Below are positions 13,621 to 26,580 of a DNA stretch of 64,000 bases, in pieces. The notes below the pieces were generated by a model. The model saw only the letters and a list, made by a program, of their open reading frames with translations, was not told where the DNA came from and ran no database searches. The position numbers were made by a program, and so were the translations under genes. Source of the DNA: Sphyrna mokarran (lineage: Eukaryota); NCBI GenBank assembly GCA_024679065.1, contig JAGIQG010000021.1, positions 20,088,001 through 20,152,000 of the forward strand, in the 5' to 3' direction. Each line of letters begins with the position of its first letter. Within the stretch, counting starts at the first letter, position 1.

Positions 13621-14442
13621 AGTATAATATTTAGTATTTGTTTAAAATGTTATCTTTTTCTAAATGTTGTCAAAAACCTGCTATACTTCATTCACATTGG
13701 TTACCAACCCACTAACTTCATATATTTTGTGTTGTTTACTGAGTCAATTTGATTTCTAAATCAGGGTCCAGTATTGTTCAATGCATTCCATTCAGTACAT
13801 CTCCCCAACATCATTCTCTCAACTACTGCTTGCCACTATTTCTCTTCAGCTAATTCCTTTTCCACACTCAGGAAGCCTACTTAATTTAAAACATAATTAA
13901 AATTTTTCTTGGCACATAGGTGGATTATGTGCAGAAGAGACACCAGATTTGAATCTCTGTCATCTGAAACCATGCTGACTGCCAATTATTAGTTTGTTTT
14001 CATTGTTCTTATCATCTAGGTTGTTTATAGCAATTCTATTGTTTTTGCAGTGAATACAATGGCATAAATGAGTTCTATAGATTCTGACAAACCAAATCCT
14101 CCTCTAATGGTACATTTCTAGTTGATGTGGATAAATGTACACTCTCTTCAGCTCTCTGCAATTGATTCTACCTATAGGAATCTTTTTGTATATTGTATTT
14201 TCCTAAAAGCATTGCTAAAATCAAGGAATTATTTCTACAATCTCATACTATGTTAGGACACTAACAACATTTTCGATTAATATACAGCCCTGGAATTGCA
14301 GACTGTCTATATTTGGTTCATATTTTATTTCATATGTTAATATGTTTTGTTTGGTGATTTTATATATTTTCCATTGGTCCGTAGAGACATTATTTTAAAT
14401 CAATAAATTAGCTCAACAGATTGATGCACATGCAAAAAATTG

Positions 14443-14565
14443 ATAGATACACTTATGTAACTTATGCCCATCTTGAATTACCCATTGTCACCTTCTTGAA
14501 CCACTGTGGTCCCTGTGGTGTAAGTATATCCACTGTGATGTTAGGGAGAGAGTCCAGGATTTTGA
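14443..14565 (-). mobile_element. LINE 3' UTR fragment (same family as 21696-22605)
   Basis: ccttcttgaaccactgtggtccctgtggtgtaagtatatccactgtgatgttagggag is antisense to 22450-22525. Confidence 0.55.
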
Positions 14566-16289
14566 TGCGTTTTAAATACATCACTGAATATAAGAATTAT
14601 ATAGCACCTGGCCAGCTTCCCATCTTTCACCTACGGTAAATTTGAGGTTTTTCAAAACGCTGTTGCCCATCCCTGAAATTGCAGCAGGTTTTCTTCTACT
14701 GTCTTCTACTATCACTCCAAAATTAGCTGACCTACATTGGCTTCCAGCAAAGAAATCTCTTTTTTTTTAAAACTCACCTTGTAATTTTCAAATCCCTTCG
14801 TGGCCTCACCCCTCACTATTTCTATAATGTCCTCTGGCATTGAAAACTAGTGTTTAATGTAAGGCATCATATAGGATAAGATGCAATATCAGGACTTCTT
14901 CAGGCTCCTTTGTAGGAAAAATAAACGTAAAGAAACTGCTATAATCTTTAACTGGAATGATATCTAATACTGCCAAATATACCAAAAATATATACCAGTC
15001 TAAGTACTGAAGAAATTTTTACTTTTCTGAAGAGAATTTGACTGGAATTCAATAAATTATTTATCAGAATCAGTTATTCTTTCCCATTTTTAATAATTTC
15101 AAAAATATAATTGGGTATAGCACCATTCAGAACATTTGGTGATCTAGTAGAATAATTAATCAATGAAGTTCTGTAGTTCCAAAACGTCTATACAAACTAA
15201 GGAATAAATATGACCAAAGAAAAAGACAATTCAGCTTGTCCCCTTCCATTCCAATAAATAGAGGATGCAATACAAGTGCAACAATTTTGTTATTCATATT
15301 TATCCTGGCAGCTTTATTTATCAAGTTGTGAACGATTGCTGGGCATATAATCAGAGGTGCAGATATGTTAATAAAAGTATAGAGGGAGAACAGACTGAAG
15401 AATAGTTTACCACTGTTGCATCTTAAAAATGCAAAAGACCATCTAATGATTATTTTCATGCCCTAGAAGCCTAATGGTTTCCAGTCTTGCGTCCTTTTGG
15501 GGATTTCTAATGGAGAAACCGCATGACGAAATGAGTAGATTGATTTTTTTTTTTGTTTTCTTAAAATTGAAAAATATTTTTGAAATAAAGCTACTTGTCA
15601 CCTTACATTTTCAATTGCTGAATATGTAATAAATTCACAAGTCCCTGAGTCTATTTGTGTTCACATCACAGCTGGATTTGCACATTACATCAAAACAAAT
15701 GGCCTGGTTTTTCCTCATTTTGTAGATTTGCTGCAGTAAATGGAGTAAAATGTCTTCCCAAAAACAGCAGCAGTTTTATTTTAAGGCCAACCAGAAGCAC
15801 AATCTATCATATATTAATAGGGTCAACAGGGCTAGCCCTTCGAGCCATTTTCCTCAATTTCAGCTTCAAATAATTACAACTATTATATAAGTGGCAATGG
15901 TAGCTGCAGTCAAGAATCCCTGAAGGAGGTACCACAGTGTGGAGACCATGTTGTGAGTTGTTATCAAAGGTTACTTTGCTTGCATATTATCTCATTAATA
16001 CTTTTGGTGGTTCAGTCTGAACTTTTGCTGCTGGTTTTACTCAAATTACTGCTTTATAGTGCAGCCATGGATTTACTCATGCGGATACCACTATTTTACC
16101 CTGAGGAGAAGAACATAGAAAATATTGGATATGAAGCTTAGGATCAGACTTTACAATTCCTCACACATGAATATCAATTCAGCAAGGGCTACAGAAGATC
16201 TGTCTTTTATTGAATTTAGAGCCTCAAAAGGCCGCACTCCTATCTGAGAAAAAGTAAAGATGTGCAGTCGCCTCTATACAAGCAGAATA

Positions 16290-16577
16290 GGGGTGGCACA
16301 GTAGCACAGTTGTTAGCGCTGCTGCTTCACAGTGCCAGGGACTGGGTTCGATTCCCGGCTTGAGTCATTGCCTGTGTGGAGTTTGCACATTCTCCCCGTG
16401 TTTGCATGGGTTTTCTCTGGGTACTCCGGTTCCCTCCCACATTCTGAAAGACGTGGTGGTTACGTACGTTGACCCGGACGGGTGCCAGACTGACAACTAG
16501 GGGAATTTCACATTAATTTCATTTGCGGTGTTAATGTAAGGCTTACTTATGACTAATAATAAATTAACTTTAACTTA
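16290..16577 (+). mobile_element. tRNA-derived V-SINE (HE1-like head) with alternative tail
   Basis: A-box-like gtggcacagtagcacagttgttag, B-box gggttcgattccc, V-domain gtggagtttgcacattctccccgtg...gggttttctctgggtactccggtt, tail ...gtgttaatgtaaggcttacttatgactaataat(aacttt). Confidence 0.85.
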
Positions 16578-18189
16578 ATCTGAACCAGTAAATGCCACCA
16601 CTGTCCTGAATTTTATTTTATAATTTGGTAACTCCAAGTAGTCCCTGCCCATTTTTTTTTTCCGTATCATTCATAATAGGCACACACACACACACACAGC
16701 ACATCTGTATTTCTACAGACTTATAGGGTGGAATTTTACGTGATTCTTTCTCAGTTTCATGCTAGCCTGACACTTAGAGAGTTCCTGATTCATTTTTTGG
16801 GTCTGAAAATGTGCCCAGTGTAATGCAGTCTGCAAATTTTGGGCACATCCATTTCTCACTACAGAAGACAGTAGGTGGAGCCCAAAAACCTGCAGATCTG
16901 ATTGTGCTGAGAAAAGACTAAGAGCAGCACAGCTGTCAGGTCCTTCCCAGGCTGAATAATGCCTCGCCCGGCCCCCAAGGATAGACCATTAATTAGCAGC
17001 TGACCTGCCCTATCTAGGGGCAGCTCCATAAAAACTCCAAGGATGGACAAACAGGCAGGCAGGCAGGTAGTGTAGGAAGAAAAGACATTGAGAAAGTGCT
17101 TTGGAGGAAAAATGAAACTTTTGCCATTGGTTTATTTAACTTGCATGTTATCCAACCAGTGTAAACTTTTGATTAGTGGTCTTGCCTCTGGATGATCAGT
17201 GTTCACAACTACAGAGAGGGCTGTGGTTCCAGCCAAGCTTTCCCAAACAGGGAAGTGACATACAACTAGTTGCAGGCCAATTAAAGATGTGTCATGTAAG
17301 ACACAGTATGGTGAGAAATTGGGTTTGTCAGCACCTGGTGTTTAGCTAATGCAACTGCCCTTAGAGACCAAAATGTCTATGGTGTATACATATACATGAG
17401 GCAAATTGCACTGGACACCATATTGATGCAAGAGTTTGCTGAGTACGTATACACCCTAAATATTCAGAACAGAGCAATCATGGTGATGTGGAACAGCTTA
17501 TAACAAACGTGATGCCACTGATGCCATTTGGAATTCATGCTCCAACCAATGTCCCTCTAACCTGGCACAGTTGAACATGTGTTCAGCAGCATGAAAGATA
17601 CCCATCCAGCACCACCTAAAGAGATCACGACTGTTTCCTCATCAGTTGCTGCCTGATTGTTGCCAAGATTTGGAAGAGTTGGTACTCTCTGTAGCTGTTT
17701 CAAATTGCAAAGGTCTAGAGGGAATGCAGTGGCAGGTGCTAAAGAAGGTTTTCTTGTTGACTTCAAAGCTTCTGCACAAACCAGTTGCTTCCAGACATTG
17801 GAAAGCTAGTCAGCAATTCCCTTGGTATAGAGTATGACTTGGCAAATAAAGAGAGATCACACGGTCAGGATGAACTGCTGGAAGAGGGAGGAGGAGGAGA
17901 TGTCGTCTCAGCAACTCTCCTCCTGGAACCTCATTGAGGAATCAGGTGTAATGATGCCCTCACCAAAACCTGCCTCCAACATTGTAAGTTCAAAACAAGA
18001 CAAAAACCACGTTGCCAGTGGATGTGAAGGTGACTGCGATGATGAACATCTTTGCATTTGGTTCCTTCCAGCTTGAACCTGGAGATATTTGCAACATCTC
18101 ACATTTTGCTGCGAAATGTTACAAAGGGAAGTCCCTGAGGCTCCCTGTCAAAGAGTGCTAATGAAATGTTATTCTCTCCTGCCAGAAAA

Positions 18190-18455
18190 GTATCACATAA
18201 AACACTGGTTAACAAAATTGATGCTAATGAAATAAGAGGTGTCAGTATTGGCTAGAATAAATAATTGGCTTAAGGAGAGAGAGAAAATATTGAGTCATAG
18301 TAAATGTTTACTTTCTAGACTGGAGGATGGTAGAAAGTAGCACTTTTTACCATCCTCCAGTCTGGAAAGTAAACATTTACTATGACTCCCCAAGAGTCAG
18401 TGCAAGGACCACTGTTTTTGTTTCTAAATGACTTTGATATTAGAGTACAAGTGTA
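18190..18455 (+). mobile_element. CR1 reverse transcriptase fragment containing an inverted duplication
   Basis: Degenerate HKxLxxK..IRGxVLxxINNWL...VNxxFxDWRMVES...PQxSVxGPLF...NDxDxxVQ motif order. Confidence 0.7.
18292..18388. repeat. Near-perfect inverted repeat, 47-bp arms, 3-nt loop
   Basis: 18292-18338 equals the reverse complement of 18342-18388 except at 2 positions. Confidence 0.95.
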
Positions 18456-19599
18456 CTTTAATTACCCTAGTACATTGCCTAAGTACCTGTCTTCTGTATA
18501 CCTTGGTCTATCATACTGATCCTCTGCAGTACCATCCCAATAGCTGCACTGTTACTGGCAGAAAACTGCTGATACTTTTTGATTTTCCGAATCCTATGGA
18601 ATTGGAGATGGATGGACCAAGAAAATAGAGGGAAACTACTCTGGGAAACATTCCTAAGGCAGAGATTGCAAATTCTCTTGCAGGATGACCTACAGGAGCT
18701 CTGGACCCATCTGTAGACTGCACCGTCTCAGCATGGGCAGATTGATAAGCAATAGCAAAGGCAATGCTGGAGTGGTTGGGAGTCAGAGAGAAAATGCTCT
18801 CTTCCTGAATTTCATGCTCATTGGAGCCACTCTCATTCCTGGGGTAATAATACGTTGGAGGAAAGATTCCCAAACTTCACTTTATACTGTATCTACAGCC
18901 CTGATGACTTACATTGCAGCAAACTGATTTTATGTGACAGTAATTGAGCTGTCACTGATTGGTGTCTGCTTCTTGTGTTGCAATAGAAACTCCAACATCA
19001 GCCATCAGACACTACATCATAATTAGATCCACAAGTATATAAAAACATTGGCTCCACTTCAATTCCAGAAAGGCGGAGCTCTGTGCAAAGCTCTGCACAA
19101 GTCAGTGTTGGACTCCTTCATGGTCCCTGATGTGAACGCAATCATTTTTGCAGGGTTTCCAATGCACCAAGCATCCTATGTGCATATCAATGAATGTTCT
19201 TCTATAGGCTGTCCCATCGATGTCCTCATCTGCGTCTTTTGTAGCAGAACCTAAGTCTGACCTCATGTTCCAGAGAGTTTCTTTTAATGGAATTCAATTT
19301 CTAGCATTTTATTCTTGTCTGTCCAAATGTAACTGGAGAATTACTGTCAATGACTTCCATTCTGACAGTTATGCCTGGTGTCCAATTTCTCATTTACCTG
19401 CTGCTTCTCATCACATCATCTAAAAAGTAAATTTTCTGTTTACACACATATTCTGACAGTGCCCAACATTACCTCACCACCTCTTTCAATCCCTCTACTG
19501 CCTTCACATTGCCAGGCTGCTCATCTGACAACCAACACTGGCTAATCAGAAACTCCCTCACTTAAAATGATGGCTTCAGTCTTTCCAGTGTTTAAGACT

Positions 19600-20375
19600 C
19601 TGCCAGAAAAATGTGTTCTATAATCACTGACTAGAAAGGAATCTTCAGTCAGATATCCATACTGTGATTAAAGCTGCCTATTTCCACTTCCATATAGGAC
19701 TTCATTCCTGCCTCAGCCCTTCTGCTGCTATAATTTTCATCCATGCAACTGTTGATTATTCTAATGTACTTCTCCTGGGCATGCATTCTAACCTCCATAA
19801 ACTTCAGAGGATCCAAGTCCTAACGTACACCAAGCCCCATCAACCCATCACCCCAATGGTCATCGATCTATATTGACTTTCAATTAAATTTATTTTAAAA
19901 TTTTCATCCCTGTTTTCAAATTTCTCCATGATCTGTAAAGTTCTCCAAATGTACAACTTTCCAAAATACCTGCTGTCCTCTAATTCCAGTCTGTTGAACA
20001 TCCCTGATTTTAATTGCACCTCCATTGGTTGCAGGCCTTTAGATGCCTATGGCCTAAGGTCTGGAATTTTCTCCCTAAATCTACCTCATGTTCCCCCTTG
20101 AAACCTACCACTTTAACCAAATTATTAGTAAAAGATAAAAACAAATTACTGCAGATGCTGGAACCTGAAACATGACAGAAAATGCAGGAAAATCTCAGTA
20201 TGTCTGACAATATCTGTGGAGTCACAACCAAGCCAACATTTCAAGTCTGGCTGATTCTTTGTCAGAGCTAAACCATCTGCCCTAATACTTCCTTTTGCTG
20301 ATCAGTGTATTATTTTGCTTTATAATGTCTCTGTTAAGTGCCTTGGGGTAACTTATTGTGTTAAAGGTGCTATTT
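19600..20375 (+). mobile_element. L2 LINE 3' end, interrupted at 20131-20269
   Basis: IKAAYFH...SPSAAIIFIHA..DYSNVLLLG...LHKLQRIQ...HQPITP (ORF 19664-19876). L2-type tail aagtgccttgggg...gttaaaggtgctat. Confidence 0.75.
20131..20269 (-). mobile_element. Short Penelope-type terminal repeat (family 1) with decayed hammerhead
   Basis: Homologous to 31422, 53406 and 56907. Minus strand AGCT CTGACAA A GAATC AGCCA GACTT GAAA TGTT GGCT. Confidence 0.65.
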
Positions 20376-21557
20376 AGTCCATGTGTCTACATTATTGGTT
20401 AGCAATACAAGCGTATACCCTGCTATCCCATTTTCAGCACTGAAGCATTGAAATCTGAGTTTTTCTATTCCTTAGCTAGGAATGGTTGTTTTCTCCTGTT
20501 TCCATGATACCCTATGCTGAAAGAGAATGAGTACAAGAGGGAGAGACAGGAATAAAAGCTATATGCCTATTGATGTTTATTGGCAATAGCTTGTGATACT
20601 GATCATGAACAGTTAATTTTGTATGCATTGTTAGTTGCAGAATAACATTACATTCGATCGTTTAAGCAGCTTCCAGGAAACCAAAGTCTTTGGGTTCCTG
20701 GGGAGTATGGTTACAAAGCTGAAACTTAAAGGAAGAACTCCAGACTAATAACCAGCAAACAGAGGGAAAGTAATAAATATACTTTATTTCAATTCTTATC
20801 ATTTTTGATCAAACATATGATTGAGAATGTGCAGCACATTCCTGCTCAAACACAAGGTGAAATGGGATGGTATTTCATGGGGTTATGATCCTAATTCCCT
20901 CTGAACTGAATTTTTAAACTCATTCCATCAAAGGAAGGAAAATTAAGAGGGTGAAATCAAAGCTATCTGTACCATCAATAAAAGCATCTTAAACAGATGT
21001 AAGTTTGATCGTGGTATTGACTCCAATGATTCTATGTGAAATATATTTGGGAAAATTTAACTTGGTTCATTTCAATATGTGATTATGACACAAACATGTC
21101 TATAGCTCTTACATTAATTATCATTAAGTTCTCACATCAACAACAAGTTGAAAAAATATCATATGTTATTCACCATGCTACATAGAAACCAACTGTTGCT
21201 CAATCACCAACATCTCAGCCATCAGAACTGCATCTTTCCAATTCTTCCCTGTCATTTCATATCCACTGCCTCAAAACCTACATCTAGGCTTCTGTGACTT
21301 ATGGACTAAATTCTCCAGCTTCATTCTCCCCCATCCTCCTGATTTCCACTCTGCATTAACTGTAATAAGTCCAAAATCTGCTGCCAACATCCTGTTCTAA
21401 AGTAGGTCCTACAGTCCTGCACCCCAGCCAAATTTACTGTTAACATTATCAAGAGTCAGGTAACAACTATCATCTGAAACTACAGGACGTGTTCAAATCA
21501 TAGATTTTAAATTAAAATATTGCAATTCTGGAATTAATGTCTTGCCTCTAATCTACA

Positions 21558-23525
21558 AAATATGAATCAAGAATAGGTCAATTGGCCCATCCCAAACATT
21601 CCCTGCCATTCAATCAGATCATGGCTAATCTGATTTTAGTCTCAAATTCACATCCCTGCCAACCTCTGATAATCTTTCACATCCTTGCTTACCAAGGGGG
21701 TATCCTAGACCATCTTCAGCTACTTCACCAATGATCTTCCTTCTTTCATAATGTCAGAAGTGGGAATGTTCACTGATGAATGCATAAAGGTTGACATCAT
21801 TCGTGATAACTCTGATACTAAAGTAGTCCATTTCCAAATTCAGAAAGACCTGGACAATATCCAGGCTTGGGCTGACAAGTGGCAAGTAATGTTCATGTCA
21901 CACAATGCCCATCTCCAACAGACAGGATCTAACCATTACCCCTGACATTCAATTGCATCACCATCACTGAATCTTCCAATACCAAACTCTGGGGTTACCA
22001 TTGACCAGAAACAGAATTGGACTAGCCATGTGAATACTATGGCTACAAGAGTAGGTCAATGGTTAGGAATCCAGTTGCGACGAAGTCACCTTCTGACTCC
22101 TCAAAGTCTGTCCACAATCTGCAAGGCACAAGTTAGGAGTATTATGGAATTTTCTCCACTTGCCTGGATGAATTCAGCTCCAACAACATTCAAGAAACTC
22201 GACATTATCTGGGACAGAACAACCTACTTGATTGCTATTTGTTCCACAGACATTCAATCCCTCCATCACCGGCAAACAATGACAGACATGTGTACCATCT
22301 ACAAGATGCACTGCAGAAACTCACCAAGGCTCCTTAGACTTGGGCAGCATCTTCCAAACCCACAACCATTACCATCTAGAAGACAACGGCAGTTCCTTCC
22401 ATGTCACTCACCATCCTGACTTAGAACTACATCATTGTTCTTCACTGTTGGATCTGAATCTTGGAATTCCCTCCTTAACAGAAGCAGTACCTACACTTCA
22501 GGGACTGCAATGGTTCAAGAAGGCAGCTCACCACTACATCCTCAAGAGCAAGTCAGGATGGGCAATAAATGCTGATCTAATCAGCACACATCTTGTAGAT
22601 TAATTTTTTTTCTAAATAATCTATTTGCCTCTGTCTTAAAGATATTCAAGGACTTTGCCTCAGCGACCTTTTCAGGAAGAGAATTCCAACATCTCAACAC
22701 TCTGAGTGATTTTTTTCTTCATCTCTTTCCTAAATATATGACCCCTTATTTCGAAAGAATGAAACTGATTTCTAGGTCCTCCCACAAAACAAAACATTCC
22801 TTCCACATCCAATCTGTTGAATCCCCTCAAAATCTTATGTGTTTCAATCAAGTCAACTGTTACTGTACTAAACTCCAGCAGAATATGAGCCTTGCACATC
22901 CAACAATTCCTCATAAGACAACCCACGCAACCCAGGTATTAATCGAGTAAACCTTCTCTGAGCTCCTAATGCATTTACATCTTTCCTTACAGATGGGGAC
23001 AATTACTGTACACAGTATTCCAGATGTGGTCACACCAATGCTCTGTACAATTGGGAAATAATCCCTCTACTTTTGTATTCAATTCCTCTTGCAAAAAAAC
23101 TGTAATATTCTATTAGTATTGCTAATTAATTGTTGGATCTGTGTACTAACCTATTGTGATTCATGCACTAGGACACCCAGATTCCTCTACACCTCAGATT
23201 TCTTTACTCTCTTGCCATTTAATCTGCCTCCTTTTATTCTTCAAGCCAAAGTTGACAACCTCACATGTTCCCACTTGATATTCCATTTGCCATATCTTTG
23301 TCCGTTCACCTAATCTATCGATATTCTTTTGTAGGAAATGTCCTCTTGTTTTCCTGCCAATCTTTGTGTCATCAGCACAACATCAGTCCCTTTATCCAAA
23401 TCATTTATCTAAATTGTAAAGAGGTGGGGCCTCAGCACTGATCTCTGCAGCACACAATTTATTACATTCTGCCAAACAGAAAATTACCATTTTTGCCAAC
23501 TCTTTTTCTGTTTGCTAACCAATTT
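21558..23525 (-). mobile_element. CR1 LINE 3' portion (host element), split by the insertion at 21696-22605
   Basis: ORF 22672-22926 (-) DLIETHKILRGFNRLDVEGMF...IRGHIFRKEMKK is typical of the CR1 ORF2 C-terminus. The 3' UTR continues at 21558-21695. Confidence 0.8.
21696..22605 (+). mobile_element. 5'-truncated CR1/L2-group LINE with RT remnant and 3' UTR
   Basis: TIFSxFxNDLP..SEVGMFTDEC (FADD box), DLDNIQAWADKWQV, LSTICKAQVRSIMEFSPLAW. Tail gggcaataaatgctg. Confidence 0.85.
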
Positions 23526-23536
23526 CATTAACATTT

Positions 23537-23720
23537 GTGAACGAGATGGGCTTTTATGACAATTAACAGTGGTTTTATGGCCATCAGTAAATTACTAATT
23601 CCAAATTTTTTTACTGAATACAAATTCTACCATCTGCTGTAGCGGGATTTGAACCCAGGTCCGCAGAACATTAATTGAGTAATAGTCAAGTGACAATACC
23701 ACTAAGCTGTTGCCTTCTCC
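23537..23720 (-). mobile_element. Partial tRNA-derived SINE (same family as 26218-26580)
   Basis: ccatctgctgtagcgggatttgaacccagg (antisense B box) ...caataccactaagctgttgccttc. Confidence 0.7.
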
Positions 23721-24097
23721 TGACTGTTGAATCCTAAATGGACTATTAATACACTGTCCCCAAGACTAAGCACTTAGCAGCCAATCACCTTACTATCAGC
23801 CTATAGAAGTATAGTTCCTATACTATCTTAAACCTTAAGAATAAAATAAATCTTAAACATTTATTGATACTCACCAGGTATTCATTGAACAGCTAGTGAT
23901 GATACTATTTGTTTCTTGCTCTCTCATTTTGAACTCTTCATTGACAAGTTCTAAGCAGCCGACCAATGTGCCTCTCTGACTCCCAAGTAAGTGTATAGGC
24001 TTTGAACCGTAGCATCCTTACAGGTCCAACATCTCTCCAACTCCCAGGTAATCTGCAGAGACTTTCCTTGCATACTAAATAATACAGTGACTAATTA

Positions 24098-24320
24098 TTT
24101 TGATTTGATTTATTATTGTCATATGTATTAACATACAGTGAAAAGTATTGTTTCTTGGGTACTAAATAACAAAACATACCATTCACAGAGAAGGAAATGA
24201 AGAGATGCAGAATGTAGTATTACAGTCATAGCTAGGGTGTAGAGAAAGGTCAACTTAATGCAAGGTAAGTCCATTCAAAAGCCTGACAGCAGCAGGGAAG
24301 AAGCTGTTCTTGAATCGGTT
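24098..24320 (-). mobile_element. Rex1/Babar-like LINE 3' end
   Basis: (tttga)n terminal repeat followed by tttattattgtca...cagcagggaagaagctgttcttgaatc. Confidence 0.55.
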
Positions 24321-24759
24321 ATACAAAGTTGTATAATTTAAATTACATAAAATTATATAATTTTGTCAAAGGGTTACAAATGCTTTTTTCACATAGATGT
24401 AAATTATCATGGAATGTTGATCAATTGTGATAGGTCATTAATTCTGGTATTGTTATCGACCAGTTAACTTCAACCAATGGCTATAGTGTGCATTAAAGTA
24501 TAATCATTTGCAAACATCACCTCCTTGTAGGAGATATTGCTTCCACAACAACAGTGTTTTATGCTTCAATATAAATGACATATAAAATACAGAATGAATA
24601 TTAGATTAACCTTAAGCACCATGCAGTTTACTGCCATCATGCTACACAGTCTGAATTTCTTAGCAAATCAGCTTTGTTAGTCAATTTAAATGCAACAAAA
24701 ATATTATGTAATTTGAAGCTGTTCCTATACAGATGTGTAGCCACTATATAAAGCCATCC

Positions 24760-25660
24760 TGTTATGATTGGGTGAGGAGGGATTGAATGGCTTCCTCTCT
24801 TTGCCCTTTCCTCATTTGACTGCTATATTTTTTTTGCTTGAAATGGGTATATTTGCCATTTCAGTCCGTTGTCAACTGTTTCTGTGCTGGGAGCAGAAAT
24901 GAACACTCGGGGCAGGTTTTCATGAGTTTAAATTAAGGATTATATACACGCACTTGAAGTCCACACACAAATACAGATTACAGAGTCGGGAAGGATAGGT
25001 TGTTCAAAGAAAGAGTCCGTAGAAGTTGAAGGAACTTGTTTGATGACTTCAGGCTGAATTCAGTGGTATTGCTTTCACTCAGTGGTCTTCTGCTCTCAAC
25101 ATTGAGGTGGTCTATCTGTTCTGCAGCCACCACTGTGGAGTTGAGTTTCTTTTTTAAAATCTCTGAGAGTCAAACAATAGCAGACAAGTCTCAAAAGCTG
25201 GTAAATTGGGTGCACAAAAAGAGACGAAGGAAGGGTCTCTCACAGCTTCTCAGCTGCTTGTCCTCAGTTCCGCTAAGAAAACAAATGCTTCAAACAAGCA
25301 AATGATTGACATTTATGTGACCACTTCTCCAACTGACCAATAATTCAAACATGATTGTGTATTTCAATTGTAACTTGATTAGAATAGGCTTGGGGATTTC
25401 CTTCCTTATCCAGAGTCCCATTGCTCAAGTGATTAGATTTGATGGCTTGTCTATGCCCAATTGATTTTCTGGATGTTGTGCTCATGGGGTAAGAAATATG
25501 AATAATTCACATTCCTCAATGTTTTTGATGTGTTTTTCCAGACATGCTATCTTCATCTCAATGGGGTTGGAAGGTGCAATTTAGAGTAATCCCAATTAGG
25601 TAACTACCTTGGCTGTTGACTAAGTAACTTCAGTTTGTGTTTTTTTAAAAAAGTCTGTTT
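24760..25660. mobile_element. Possible decayed solo LTR
   Basis: Starts TGTTATGA with a compositional shift. No matching ...TAACA end or TSD was found. Confidence 0.25.
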
Positions 25661-26217
25661 TTCATTAAAGAAAAACCTACCAGCTGCATCAATGGGAACA
25701 AGCGAACCACCCTTTTACAGAGTCTCTGCCCAAGTCCAAATCAGAGTGGAACAGACAGTTCTGCAGAGTCTGACGTGGTGATTTCATCCAGTGAAATCAA
25801 AAAAAGAAGAAAACATGCAGATGGAAGACCAAAGGGAAAACTCAAGTGTCAAGATGGCTCTGAGGAGGTAAAGCTATGAGAAATATCAGGTTGAAAAAGC
25901 AGTCTCAGACAAAACCAACATCATGTATAATTTTGCAGGCAAAAATTTCCTTTCACTACAAAAAAAGAAAGAAGATAATAATTTTTCAATTATGTTTCCA
26001 ACATGGATTAAAATTATGTTTTGGCATAAAGCACATCTTCATGACAAAACTTTTATATTTTTGATGGATTGTTGTGCTTTAATTAATCTTCCATAAAGAG
26101 TAGGTTGAAAGGTTTGACAATAGATTGAGGGATTTGTTCTTTTTCTCAGTTTAAACTTTGTGTTATACCAATTTTGCAAGCTTTGAATTTAATGTATTTT
26201 TGTGTGACTATCAGATA

Positions 26218-26580
26218 TCTTTTTTATTCATTTATGGGACATGAGTATCACTGACTGGCCAGCATTTATTGTCCATCCCCAGTTATTCTTGGAGGGCAGT
26301 TGAGAGTTAATCACATTGCTGTGGCTCTGGAGTCAAATGTAGGCCAGACCAGGTAAGGATAACATATTTCCTTCCCTAAAGGACATTAGTGAACCAGATA
26401 GGTTTTCCTGACAATCAACAATGATTTCATGATCATCAGTGGATTCTTAATACTAAATTTTTTTTTAGTTCAACTTTCACCATCTGCCATGGCAGGATTT
26501 GAAGTCAAGCCCTCAGAATGTTTGTTGAGTTTCCGGATTAATGGTCTAGCAATAATACCACTAGGCTATTACCTCCTCTC
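26218..26580 (-). mobile_element. Full-length tRNA-derived SINE sharing its 3' tail with the LINE family at 21696-22605
   Basis: Antisense head (ataccactaggctattacctcc), antisense B box (ggatttgaagtc), tail ccagcatttattgtccatcccc with terminal tttttattcattt. Confidence 0.8.

Larger units (their letters stand above)
16726..19575 (+). mobile_element. Probable decayed PIF/Harbinger element
   Basis: Begins gggtggaattttac (Harbinger-like terminus). Myb-like remnant at ~17640-17850. AGFPxxxxxxxHI transposase-like remnant at ~19150. Boundaries uncertain. Confidence 0.3.

Noticed and set aside
16290-16365. tRNA gene
   Set aside because: The A/B boxes belong to a SINE head and continue into the V-domain. 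No full cloverleaf.
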